NCBI GenBank assembly: GCA_963748625.1
Contig: CAVVJT010000003.1
Span: 192,001-256,000 of the forward strand
Origin: an uncultured Chloroflexia bacterium
GTDB lineage: Bacteria > Chloroflexota > Limnocylindria > Limnocylindrales > CSP1-4
Length of the DNA: 64,000 nt
Direction of reading: 5' to 3'
How positions within the stretch are numbered: position 1 is the stretch's first letter; every line of letters starts with the position of its first letter. The position numbers and the translations under genes are program-made. This document shows positions 41,561-50,206 of this stretch, one piece after another. The notes below the pieces were generated by a model. That model saw only the letters and a list, made by a program, of their open reading frames with translations. It did not search any database and had not been told where the DNA came from.

Positions 41561-41617
41561 AGGTCGACACTGTGAGTTGCGCTGACCGGATTCAACCGGA
41601 TAGCCCTTCCACCACTG

Positions 41618-41717
41618 AGTCAAGGGATGCCCGTCCGAGCGTGGGGCGTACGCGCAACTCGGACCTGACCGCACGGTTCACGCGGGACCTGGGCCCAGGT
41701 GACTCCCCGCGGGGTCA
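41618..41717. repeat. Copy 3 of dispersed ~112-bp double-palindrome element (left palindrome split by the IS; its first 13 bp lie at 40585-40597)
   Basis: Reconstructed TGACTCACCACTGAGTCA + 77 bp + TGACTCCCCGCGGGGTCA (41700-41717); ccaggtgactccccgcggggtca matches 13599-13621 at 21/23. Confidence 0.75.
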
Positions 41718-41741
41718 TCCCCTCCGCAGCGCCGCGGCAGC

Positions 41742-42203
41742 CTACGCCGGAGCGGCGCGGTCGGTGGTGTCGAGCCAGATCGTGAACGGGCCGTCGTTCA
41801 CCAGCTCCACGGCCATCTCGGCGCCGAACTCGCCCAGTTCGACGCGCTTCACCCCCTCGACCTCGAGGCCCGCCGCAACCCGCAACCAGAGGACCTTGGC
41901 GAGGGCCGGCGAGGCGGCGTCAGTGAAGCCCGGCCGGCGGCCGCGACGGATGTCCGCATACAGGGTGAACTGGCTCACGACCAGCGCCTCGCCGTCCACG
42001 TCGAGCAGCGACCGGTTGGTCTTGCCCTCGTCGTCCTCGAAGATCCGCAGCTCGCAGATGCGGCGGGCCACCCAGTCCGCGGTGTCCTCGTCGTCCCCAC
42101 GGCCCACGCCGAGGAACACCAGGAGCCCGGGGCCGATGGAGCCCACGACCGCGCCAGCGACGCGGACATCAGCGCGGGTGACCCGCTGGAGCAGCGCGCG
42201 CAC
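41742..42203 (-). CDS. dtd: D-aminoacyl-tRNA deacylase
   Basis: MRALLQRV, VSQFTLYAD, GEFGAEM..NDGPFT. Confidence 0.96.
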   Translation of the reverse strand: MRALLQRVTRADVRVAGAVVGSIGPGLLVFLGVGRGDDEDTADWVARRICELRIFEDDEGKTNRSLLDVDGEALVVSQFTLYADIRRGRRPGFTDAASPALAKVLWLRVAAGLEVEGVKRVELGEFGAEMAVELVNDGPFTIWLDTTDRAAPA

Positions 42204-42214
42204 GCCTGGATCCC

Positions 42215-42928
42215 CTATCCGGCCATCGTCGCCGCCCGCGCGGCATCCGCCATGGCCCGGGTGCGGCGCACCGCCTCCGCCATGTCGGGCGCGCGGTAGA
42301 GCGCGGAGCCCACGACGATCACGTCCGTGCCCTCGCGGCCGATCACCTCGGCCGTCTCAGCACGGCCTCCACCGTCCACCTGCACCTCGAGGGCGCCTCG
42401 TGGGTCGAGCCATCCGCGAGCCGGCCGCAGCTTGGCCGCGGCGACGTCCGCCATGAAGGACTGGCCACCGAACCCGGGCTCGACCGTCATGACGAGAATG
42501 ATGTCGAGCAGGTCGCGGTAGGCGTCGAGCGCCGTCAGCGGCGTGCCGGGCTTGACCGACAGCCCGGCCGCCCGCCCGGCCCCGCGGATGCGCTCCAGGG
42601 CGGGCCGGGTCTGCGTGGCGTCCACCTCGACGTGGAAGGTGATCGAGTCACACCCCGCATCGAGGAACTGCTGGGTCCAACGGCCGGGGTCCGAGATCAT
42701 CAGGTGGGCGTCGAACGGGAGTTCCGTGACCCGCCGGACAGCCTCGATCATCGTCCAGCCGAAGGTGATGTTCGGGACGAAGTGGCCGTCCATGACGTCG
42801 AGGTGGATCCGGTCCACGCCCGCGTCCTCGGCCCGGCGGATCTCATCGCCGAGGCGCGCGAGGTCGGCGTCCAGGATGCTGGCGGCGATGAGGGTGCTCG
42901 CCGGCCGGCGGCTGGTGGTCTCCGTCAT
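42215..42928 (-). CDS. rpe: Ribulose-phosphate 3-epimerase
   Basis: HLDVMDGHFVPNITFG, DAHLMI, MTVEPGFGGQ, VDGG. Confidence 0.96.
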   Translation of the reverse strand: MTETTSRRPASTLIAASILDADLARLGDEIRRAEDAGVDRIHLDVMDGHFVPNITFGWTMIEAVRRVTELPFDAHLMISDPGRWTQQFLDAGCDSITFHVEVDATQTRPALERIRGAGRAAGLSVKPGTPLTALDAYRDLLDIILVMTVEPGFGGQSFMADVAAAKLRPARGWLDPRGALEVQVDGGGRAETAEVIGREGTDVIVVGSALYRAPDMAEAVRRTRAMADAARAATMAG

Positions 42929-44208
42929 GCCTCTCCTGTCCCGGCAGGCGCCGGCTCCTCGCTGCGCTCACCGCGCAGGGCAGCCGCGCTCTGGGCGACC
43001 AGGCGCTCACGCCGGCGCTGCACCACGATGGGTGTGGGCTGGCCAGCGTGCTCGGCCGCGAGCTGGCCGCAGGCGGCGCCGATCTCCGTGCCCCGGTTGA
43101 AGCGGATCGTGGTGGCGATCCCCGCCGCCCGCAGCCGATCGGCGAAGCGCTCCACGCGTGCGACCGGCGTGCCGGTCCACGGCGTGTGCGCCACGGCGTT
43201 CATGGGGATGAGATTGACGTGTGCGAGCTCGCCGCGAAGCAGGTCGGCCATGGCGTCGGCGTCCGCATCGGTGTCGTTGATGCCGTCGATCATCGTGACC
43301 TCGTAGGTCACACGGCGTCCGGTCGCCTCCACGTGCTCGCGCGCCGCGGCGACCACCTCCTCTACCGGCCAGCGGCGGTTGAGCGGCACGAGCACGTCGC
43401 GCAACGGGTTGCGGGCGGCATGCAGCGAGATCGCGAGCGTGAACTGGGGTCCAAGGGCGGTCAGGCGACGGATCCCGGGCACGACGCCGGACGTGCTCAC
43501 CGTGATGTGGCGCGCGCCCAGCCCGAAGCGCTTCGGGTCGTTGAGGGCCGCGATCGCCTCGAGCACGCGGTCGAGGTTCAGGAGGGGCTCGCCCATGCCC
43601 ATGAATACGACGTTGGTGAGGTGTTTGCCGGTGGCCGCGAGGCTGCGGGCGGCATGGCGCACCTGGTCCACGATCTCAGCGGTCTCGAGGTCGCGCTCCA
43701 TCCCCAGTTCGCCCGTGGCACAGAACGGGCAGCCGACCGCACAGCCGGCCTGGGAGCTGATGCACAGCGTGTGGCGCTCGCGGGTGCCCTCGCGGGCCGG
43801 GTAGTGCATCAGGACCGACTCGACAAGGAGCCCGTCCGAGAGGCGGTGGACGGCCTTCTCGGTGAGGCCGCCGTCCGTGATGCGGACCTCGGACTCCTCG
43901 ACGGTGTCGTAGCGGAACGAAGTGGCGAGCGCGTCGCGGAGTGGCGCCGGCAGGGTGAGAATGTCGGCGAATGAGATCTGCCGGCCACGCCATGCGGCGT
44001 CGAGCACCTGCCTGGCACGGTAGGCCGGATGGCCGTGCTCCGTGAACCACGCCGCGAGCTCCTCCGGCGTGAGGCTTCCGACGCCCGGGCGCTGGTCGCG
44101 GGGGCTGGTGGCCGAGGGAGCGGGGCGGAGCCCGAAGAAGGCGGCGATCGCCGGCTGTTCGCCGGCCGACGTCAGCGCATCGGTGATCGGCGGCGTCTGG
44201 TCTGTCAT
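42925..44208 (-). CDS. rlmN: 23S rRNA/tRNA m2A methyltransferase (radical SAM)
   Basis: CISSQAGCAVGCPFCATG, MGMGEP, AACGQL; start at ATG 44208 or GTG 44226. Confidence 0.95.
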   Translation of the reverse strand: MTDQTPPITDALTSAGEQPAIAAFFGLRPAPSATSPRDQRPGVGSLTPEELAAWFTEHGHPAYRARQVLDAAWRGRQISFADILTLPAPLRDALATSFRYDTVEESEVRITDGGLTEKAVHRLSDGLLVESVLMHYPAREGTRERHTLCISSQAGCAVGCPFCATGELGMERDLETAEIVDQVRHAARSLAATGKHLTNVVFMGMGEPLLNLDRVLEAIAALNDPKRFGLGARHITVSTSGVVPGIRRLTALGPQFTLAISLHAARNPLRDVLVPLNRRWPVEEVVAAAREHVEATGRRVTYEVTMIDGINDTDADADAMADLLRGELAHVNLIPMNAVAHTPWTGTPVARVERFADRLRAAGIATTIRFNRGTEIGAACGQLAAEHAGQPTPIVVQRRRERLVAQSAAALRGERSEEPAPAGTGEA

Positions 44209-44244
44209 CGCGGGTGATTCTGACACGGGCGGGCGGTGCGGGCC

Positions 44245-45189
44245 TCAGGCACCGGCGTGCCGACCGCGGAGCCAGTCCTCGCCCGGCATGGACCGCCTGC
44301 CCGGGGGCGTGACGGTCTCAAGGACGAGGCGGCCATCGGCCGTGGCCAAGGCGGGCCGGCGGCCCTCGCGGACGATGGAACCGGCGGAGTCCCCAGCCGC
44401 GGATCCCGCGACGGACGCCGCGCTCACGACGAGGCGCTCCCCGTCCAGCTCGAGGTACGTTCCGGGCCACGGGAGATAGGCGCGGACCAGGCGCTCGAGC
44501 ACGGCTGCGGGCCGCGCCGGGTCGAGACGGCCGTCCGCGCGCCGCAACGGGCGCGTGAGCGTCACGCCGTCGGACGCCTGCGGGACGGCGCCGACCGTCC
44601 CGTCCAGCCAAGGCCCCACCATCCGCCCAAGCAGCGCGGCGCCCGCCTCGGCCAGGGCGGCCTCCAGCGCCGGCGCGGTCTCCGTACCGTCGAGCGGCCA
44701 GGACTCCTGCGCGACCACCGGTCCCGTGTCGAGGCCCGCATCCATCCGCATCAGCGTCACCGCGGTGGACGGATCGCCTGCTGCGATCGTGTTCGGAATC
44801 GGGCTGGCGCCACGCCAGCGCGGCAGGGCGGACGGGTGCAGGTTCAGGGCGCCGTGGACCAGGGCGAGCAGCGCGGGCGGGACGATCTGGCCGTAGTCGG
44901 CGAGGACCGCGAGCGTGGGGCCGAGGGCCAGGATCGCCGCGAGGGACTCGGGCGTCCGCAAGCGCGGCGGCGTCAGCACGGGCCCGATGCCAAGCGCCAC
45001 CGCGAGGGTGCCGATGGGCGTGGCCGTCAGCACCTGCCTCCGGCCAACCGGACGCGGTGGGGCCGTGACCACGCCGACAAGCTGGATGCGGGGATGGGTG
45101 GCGAGCGCGCGCAGGGCCGGTGCCCCGAAGGCGCCGCTGCCGAGGAAGACGGTCCGGACGCGCCCGCCGGCGGCCGGGTCCGCTGTCAC
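44245..45189 (-). CDS. fmt: Methionyl-tRNA formyltransferase
   Basis: VFLGS, NLHPSALPRWRGASPI, MDAGLDTG. Confidence 0.95.
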   Translation of the reverse strand: MTADPAAGGRVRTVFLGSGAFGAPALRALATHPRIQLVGVVTAPPRPVGRRQVLTATPIGTLAVALGIGPVLTPPRLRTPESLAAILALGPTLAVLADYGQIVPPALLALVHGALNLHPSALPRWRGASPIPNTIAAGDPSTAVTLMRMDAGLDTGPVVAQESWPLDGTETAPALEAALAEAGAALLGRMVGPWLDGTVGAVPQASDGVTLTRPLRRADGRLDPARPAAVLERLVRAYLPWPGTYLELDGERLVVSAASVAGSAAGDSAGSIVREGRRPALATADGRLVLETVTPPGRRSMPGEDWLRGRHAGA

Positions 45190-45737
45190 GCCAGGGCGCC
45201 CGTCGCGCGGATGATGCGCGAGCCGGTGTCGTCGCCGGCGCCGCTCGCGGCACCGTCGCCGTCGCGGGAGCCGCTCCCCACGGCGATCAGCTCGTCCATC
45301 GAGTCGAGGTAGTCGATGTAGAGCTTGCCCTGCAGGTGGTCCAGCTCGTGCTGGAGCGCCCGGCCCAGGAACCCTGAGCCCGCAACCTTCACCTTCTTGC
45401 CCTTGCGATCCTGCGCCACGACCCAGACCTTCTCACGGCGGGTCACGTAGGCGGCGTAGCCGGGGATGGACAGGCAGGCCTCGAGGTCACGGTCATCGCC
45501 CGACGCCTTGACGATCTCGGGGTTCACCAGCTCGAGGAGGTTGCCCTCGACCTCGACGACGCATGCGCGGAGGGCCTCTCCGAGCTGCGGGGCTGCGAGG
45601 CCGACCCCGGGCGCGTGGCGCATCGTGTCGGTCAGGTCGTCCAGCAGCTCGTGGAGGTACTTGCCGAAGCTGTCCACGGTCTCGCCTTTGAGGCGCAGGC
45701 GCGGGTCGCCGAGGAGGACGATGGGTTTGACGCTCAT
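45186..45737 (-). CDS. def: Peptide deformylase
   Basis: GVGLAAPQ, EACLS, QHELDHLQG; TATACT at 45747-45752. Confidence 0.95.
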   Translation of the reverse strand: MSVKPIVLLGDPRLRLKGETVDSFGKYLHELLDDLTDTMRHAPGVGLAAPQLGEALRACVVEVEGNLLELVNPEIVKASGDDRDLEACLSIPGYAAYVTRREKVWVVAQDRKGKKVKVAGSGFLGRALQHELDHLQGKLYIDYLDSMDELIAVGSGSRDGDGAASGAGDDTGSRIIRATGALA

Positions 45738-45788
45738 GATCGCGCGAGTATAGCCAACGACCGCCCGTGCTCCGTGCAGGCCCGGGCC

Positions 45789-45986
45789 GGCACCGTCTGT
45801 CACGCGTGGCAGCGTCTGTCGCGCCTGGCCACGTCTGTCACGCGTGGCAGCGTCTGTCGCGCCTGGCCACGTCTGTCGCGCCTGGCCACGTCTGTCGCGC
45901 CTGGCCACGTCTGTCGCGCGTGGCCCCGTTTGTCGCGCGTGGCCCCGTTTGTCGCGCGTGGCCCCGTTTGTCGCGCGGGGCCCCGT
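45789..45986. repeat. 19-bp intergenic tandem array, about 10 units with graded variants
   Basis: Units ggc(ac/ag/ca/cc)cgt(c/t)tgtc(a/g)cgc(g/c)t with no spacers. Confidence 0.95.
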
Positions 45987-46169
45987 CCTGCCGCCCGGCG
46001 GGCACTGCGAGCAGAAACCCGCACGTTCGTGCCGCCTGGCGGCCGGTTCAGCCCGAAAACGGGCGCTGGGGCTCGTCCTGCCCGCTGGACGGTTGGACTG
46101 CCCAGGATCCTGCACGCAGGGCCCGCTGGGCGGGAGCTCGACCCTGGTGCGCGATCCGTGGCGGCGGGA

Positions 46170-46727
46170 TCAGATGCCGGAGCCGCCATCCTGGGCGGGG
46201 GCGGCGGGTGCGGCCTCGTCGGCTGGCTCGCCGGCCGGTGCGGCTGGCTCGCCGGACGGTGCGGCTGTCGCGTCGGCCGTGGCGGCGGGGTCGGCTGCCT
46301 CCTCGGTCTCCGGAGCGGCACCCCCGGCCGCGGCCTCCTGGGTCGCCCGGAGCTCCGCGGCGACGGCGACGGCGCGCTCGGCGAAGCGCTGGCCATAGTC
46401 GGACGTGATCACGGCAGCCCGCGTCGCGGCAGGACCGGCTTTGGCCGCGGCGACGGCAGCGAGCTCTGCGGCCTTGGCGCCCACCTGGCGGGCGGCCGGA
46501 GCCGCGGCCGAGGCGAGGCCGTTGATCATGGACTCGAGCTGGGCGAGCCACTGCGCAGTCTGCGGGTTGCCGGCACCGCCGTCAGCACCCGGGGTGGACC
46601 CTGCGTCCGCTCTCCAGCTTCCGGCCGACCCGGGGTCCCCGGCGCCCGGAGGTGGCGGCGGTGCAGCGGGCTCCTGGGCGGGCTCGCCGATGGGCGGTGT
46701 GGTCGTGTGCTGCTGCTCGTCGGTCAC
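46170..46727 (-). CDS. Hypothetical protein (Ala-rich helical core, disordered acidic ends)
   Basis: GTG after SD AAGGAG; 185 aa; consistent GC3 frame. Confidence 0.7.
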   Translation of the reverse strand: MTDEQQHTTTPPIGEPAQEPAAPPPPPGAGDPGSAGSWRADAGSTPGADGGAGNPQTAQWLAQLESMINGLASAAAPAARQVGAKAAELAAVAAAKAGPAATRAAVITSDYGQRFAERAVAVAAELRATQEAAAGGAAPETEEAADPAATADATAAPSGEPAAPAGEPADEAAPAAPAQDGGSGI

Positions 46728-46824
46728 GGGGTGTCTCCTTGCCGATCGGTCCGATCGTGCTGTCGTCTGCGTCCATTGTGCCCGCCGCACCAATTCCTGC
46801 ACGTGCCGGCGTTCCCCGACGAGC

Positions 46825-49572
46825 CTAGAGGAGCGACTCCGGGTCCACGTCCACGCTCCACGGAGCGCCGGGCGGCGGTTCGAGGAGGGCGGCCGGATCC
46901 GCACCGCGGAGCACCAGGTTGAAGCGCCATCGCTCGGCACGCCGCGCGATGTAGGCGGGGGCAGGACCGATCACCTGCACCACGAGCCCCATGTCCCGCG
47001 CCCGGTCGCGGAGTCGGTCGGCCATCGCGAGCGCCTCACGCTCGGCCGCGTCCCGCTCGGCCAGGCCGACCGTGAGCTTGATGAGCCGTCCGAACGGCGG
47101 CGAGCCGAACCGTTCTCGGAGCGCCAGCTCCTCGTCGTAGAAGGCGGCAGCATCGCGCTCAACGACGGCGCGGATCGCCCGATGGTCGGGCCGGTAGGTC
47201 TGGATGTACGCGAGCCCGGGGCGATCCCCGCGGCCGGCCCGGCCCACCGCCTGGGCCAGCAGTTGGTACGTCCGCTCGGAGGCACGCTCGTCGGGGAGGT
47301 TGAGCGCGATGTCCGCCGAGACCACCCCAACCAGGGTCACCTCGGCGACGTCGAGCCCTTTGGCCACGAGGCTCGTGCCCACCAGGACATCAAGGCGGCC
47401 GGAGGCGAAGGCGTCGAGCACGCGCTCGGCCGCCCCCTTGCGCTCGACGACATCGCGGTCCAGGCGTCCGACGCGCAGCCACGGGAACCGGTCGCGCACC
47501 TCGCGCTCGACGCGCTCCGTCCCTCCGCCGAGATAGCGGATCCGCGGCGAGGCGCACGAGGGGCAGCGGGTCGCGATCGGCCAGGCCCGCCCGCAGTGGT
47601 GACAGCGCAGCGTCGTGCCCGCCTGGTGGTAGACCAGCGGGCGGTCGCAGTCCGGGCAGGATTGAACGGTCCCACAGTCCCGGCACAGCACCACGGACGC
47701 CGTGCCCCGCCGGTTGAGGACCAGGATCGCCCGGTCGCCGGCACCCGTGTCGAGCGCCGCGAGCGCCCCTGCCAGCGCCGCCGAGAGCAGGCCCCGGTTG
47801 CCCGCCGCGAGCTCGGCGCGCATGTCCACGGCCTCAACCAGCGGCTCCGCGCCGGCCGCCCGGACCGGCAGCACCGCCCGCCGGTAGCGGCCCGCACGCG
47901 CATGGCCCATCGTGTCCACGGCGGGCGTCGCCGAACCCAGGACCACCGCCGCCCCGGCGAGCCTGCCGAGCTCCACGGCCGTGTCACGGGCCTGGAAGCG
48001 CGGCGTCCGGTCGCTCTTGTAGGCCGGGTCGTGCTCCTCGTCGACCACGATCAAGCCGACGTCCGCGAGCGGGACCAGCGCGGCGGTCCGGGTGCCCACC
48101 ACGACGTCCACGTCGCCGGCCCGGATCCGGCGCCACTCGTCGGCCCGCTCCCCTTCCCCGAGGCCCGAGTGCATCACCGCGACGCGCACCGGCAGCTCCG
48201 CCCGGAGCCGATCGGTGATCGGGGTGGCCAGCGCGATCTCTGGCACGAGGAGCAGGCACGGCCGTCCCGCGGCCAGGCTGGCAGCCATCGCCTCGACGTA
48301 GATCGCTGTCTTGCCGCCGCCGGTGACGCCGTCGAGCAGGACGGGTGTCGGGTCGCGTTCGGCCACCGCCGCCAGGACCATGCCCAGCGCGGCCGCCTGG
48401 TCGGGCGTCAGCGCCGCACCGGTGGGCCGCGCACCACGCAGGCCGACCGGCCGGGAGGCGAGCGGACGGCGCGGCCGCTCGCGGACCTCCGTCCGCACCA
48501 GGCCACGCCGCACCAGCCCCGCGATCGCCGACGCGCCGTGGCGCTCCGAGATCCCGGCCGCTGCCACACCGTCGCTTGGGCCATTGCCGGCTGCGTCGTC
48601 GCCGGCTGCGTCGTCGCTGGCTGCCTCGTCGACGGCCGCCTCGTCGACGGCTGCCTCGTCGACGGCTGCGGGCGTCGCAGCGAGCTCGGTGAGGGCGTGC
48701 TTCTGGCGCGGCCCCAGCGGCCTCCCGGCGGGCCGCTCCCCGTCCCCCAGCAGGACCGCAACGGCCCGCCCTTCCGTCGTCAGCCAGACGCGCCGCTCGT
48801 ACCGGGGCCCGATCGCCGCCCCAAGAAGCGTCCACGTCAGCTCCACGAGCCCCTCGTCGGCCAGGATCCGCAGGCGCCGCAGGAGGCCCGCCCGGCCCTC
48901 GGGCGCCGCAAGATCGCGCACCGGGCGGGCTCGCCCCGCCATGTCGTCGAGCAGGTCGACGTCGGCGGAGGCCAGCACGCGTCCGGGCAGGCCTGGCTCA
49001 GCCGAGCCTGGCTCAGCCGAGCCAGGCTCCTCCGGGCCCAGGCGTGCCTCACCGGTCGGGCCCGTCGCTGTCGGGCCCGGAGCTGCCGGCCCCGGAGCTG
49101 CCGGCCCCGGAGCTGCCGGCCCCACCGGCGCATCGAGGCCCAGGCGCGCCTCCCCGGCCGGCGTCACCTCGGCCACCAGTTCGAGACGCTCGAGCATGCC
49201 CGGGGGCAGCATCGCCCGGATCACCGTCGCGAGCGGCGCGAGATACCGCTCGGCCACGAGGCCTGCGAGGGCAAGCGCGAGCGGCGGCAGCAGGGGTCCG
49301 TCGGAGCGGACGCGGGCGGCGATGGGCCGCGCATGCGCGCCAGGCGGCAGGCTGCCCTCCCCCAGGACCACGCCGATGGCCTGGCGGCCGCCCTTGCCGA
49401 AGGGCACGAGGACGGCCTCGCCCGGCTCCACGTCGCTCAGCGCGGATGGGACCTCGTAGGTGTACGTTCGAGGGCCTGGGGTGCCGGGCGCGTCGACCGC
49501 GACCGCGACCAGGCGGCGCGCCCGGTCCGTGACCGGCCCCGCCCCGGTGTCGAGCCCGAGCGTGGGCGGCAC
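46825..49572 (-). CDS. priA: Primosomal protein N' with repeat insertions
   Basis: GVTGGGKT, VDEEHD, GSATP, four CxxC pairs, GLDV, QAVGRAGRG, DVDP. Confidence 0.95.
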   Translation of the reverse strand: MPPTLGLDTGAGPVTDRARRLVAVAVDAPGTPGPRTYTYEVPSALSDVEPGEAVLVPFGKGGRQAIGVVLGEGSLPPGAHARPIAARVRSDGPLLPPLALALAGLVAERYLAPLATVIRAMLPPGMLERLELVAEVTPAGEARLGLDAPVGPAAPGPAAPGPAAPGPTATGPTGEARLGPEEPGSAEPGSAEPGLPGRVLASADVDLLDDMAGRARPVRDLAAPEGRAGLLRRLRILADEGLVELTWTLLGAAIGPRYERRVWLTTEGRAVAVLLGDGERPAGRPLGPRQKHALTELAATPAAVDEAAVDEAAVDEAASDDAAGDDAAGNGPSDGVAAAGISERHGASAIAGLVRRGLVRTEVRERPRRPLASRPVGLRGARPTGAALTPDQAAALGMVLAAVAERDPTPVLLDGVTGGGKTAIYVEAMAASLAAGRPCLLLVPEIALATPITDRLRAELPVRVAVMHSGLGEGERADEWRRIRAGDVDVVVGTRTAALVPLADVGLIVVDEEHDPAYKSDRTPRFQARDTAVELGRLAGAAVVLGSATPAVDTMGHARAGRYRRAVLPVRAAGAEPLVEAVDMRAELAAGNRGLLSAALAGALAALDTGAGDRAILVLNRRGTASVVLCRDCGTVQSCPDCDRPLVYHQAGTTLRCHHCGRAWPIATRCPSCASPRIRYLGGGTERVEREVRDRFPWLRVGRLDRDVVERKGAAERVLDAFASGRLDVLVGTSLVAKGLDVAEVTLVGVVSADIALNLPDERASERTYQLLAQAVGRAGRGDRPGLAYIQTYRPDHRAIRAVVERDAAAFYDEELALRERFGSPPFGRLIKLTVGLAERDAAEREALAMADRLRDRARDMGLVVQVIGPAPAYIARRAERWRFNLVLRGADPAALLEPPPGAPWSVDVDPESLL

Positions 49573-49576
49573 GACG

Positions 49577-50206
49577 TCAGCCGACGCGCACGCGCCGGTC
49601 GGCGTTGCGGCGCTTCTCCTGGGTGATGATCGCCTCGATCTCGGCGGCGGTGCTCTCGATTGCACCGTCGTCGTTGACCACCACCTGGTCGTAGTCGCCC
49701 TGGCGGGCCAGCTCGATCGCCGCGTTCCGCTGCCGGATCTCGAGCTCGTCGGCGCTCTCCGTGGCGCGCGAGCGCAGCCGCTGGAACAGGGCCTCGAGGC
49801 TGGGCGGGACGATGAACACGAGGAGAGCCTCGGGAACCCGCTCCTTGACGACCTTGGCGCCTTGCACGTCGATCTTGAGGATGACGTCGTGACCATCGGC
49901 AAGCGCGCTGGCGACCTCACGCCTGGGCGTGCCGTACCAGTTGCCGTGGACCTCGTTGGCCTCGAGCAGCTCGCCCGCGGCGCGCAGCTCCTTGAACTCG
50001 GGCCGGGTCAGGAAGTGGTAGGAGGAGCCGGGAACCTCTCCGGGCCGCGGACCGCGCGTGGTGCAGGTCACGACATAGTGGTAGTCGGGGTCGCGCGGGC
50101 GCGCCCGCAACGCGTCGATGATCGTGTCCTTGCCCACGCCGGAGGGCCCACTGATGATCACCAGCAGCGCGCCCGGCGCACCCTCGAGGACCTCCGGATC
50201 CGTCAC
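49577..50206 (-). CDS. gmk: Guanylate kinase
   Basis: ISGPSGVGKDT, TTRGPRPGE, GNWYGT, IDVQGA. Confidence 0.96.
   Translation of the reverse strand: MTDPEVLEGAPGALLVIISGPSGVGKDTIIDALRARPRDPDYHYVVTCTTRGPRPGEVPGSSYHFLTRPEFKELRAAGELLEANEVHGNWYGTPRREVASALADGHDVILKIDVQGAKVVKERVPEALLVFIVPPSLEALFQRLRSRATESADELEIRQRNAAIELARQGDYDQVVVNDDGAIESTAAEIEAIITQEKRRNADRRVRVG

Larger units (their letters stand above)
40598..41609 (-). mobile_element. Non-autonomous IS1595-family element (1012 bp) with passenger gene
   Basis: TIRs GAGGGGCTATCCGGTTGACTTCGGT and GAAGGGCTATCCGGTTGAATCCGGT (22/25 match); 8-bp direct repeat CACCACTG at 40590-40597 and 41610-41617; transposase fragments inside. Confidence 0.9.

Noticed and set aside
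45466-45490. Inactive deformylase because of EACLS instead of EGCLS
   Set aside because: The metal-binding Cys, the HExxH motif and motif 1 are intact, and the gene is paired with fmt
45789-45986. CRISPR array
   Set aside because: Units are contiguous 19-mers with no unique spacers, and there are no cas genes in the window
45186-46115. N-terminally extended Def (309 aa), and likewise extended RpsB, Ffh, PyrH and PriA from the ORF track
   Set aside because: The extensions run through promoters, repeats or neighbouring genes; SD or -10 positions support the shorter starts
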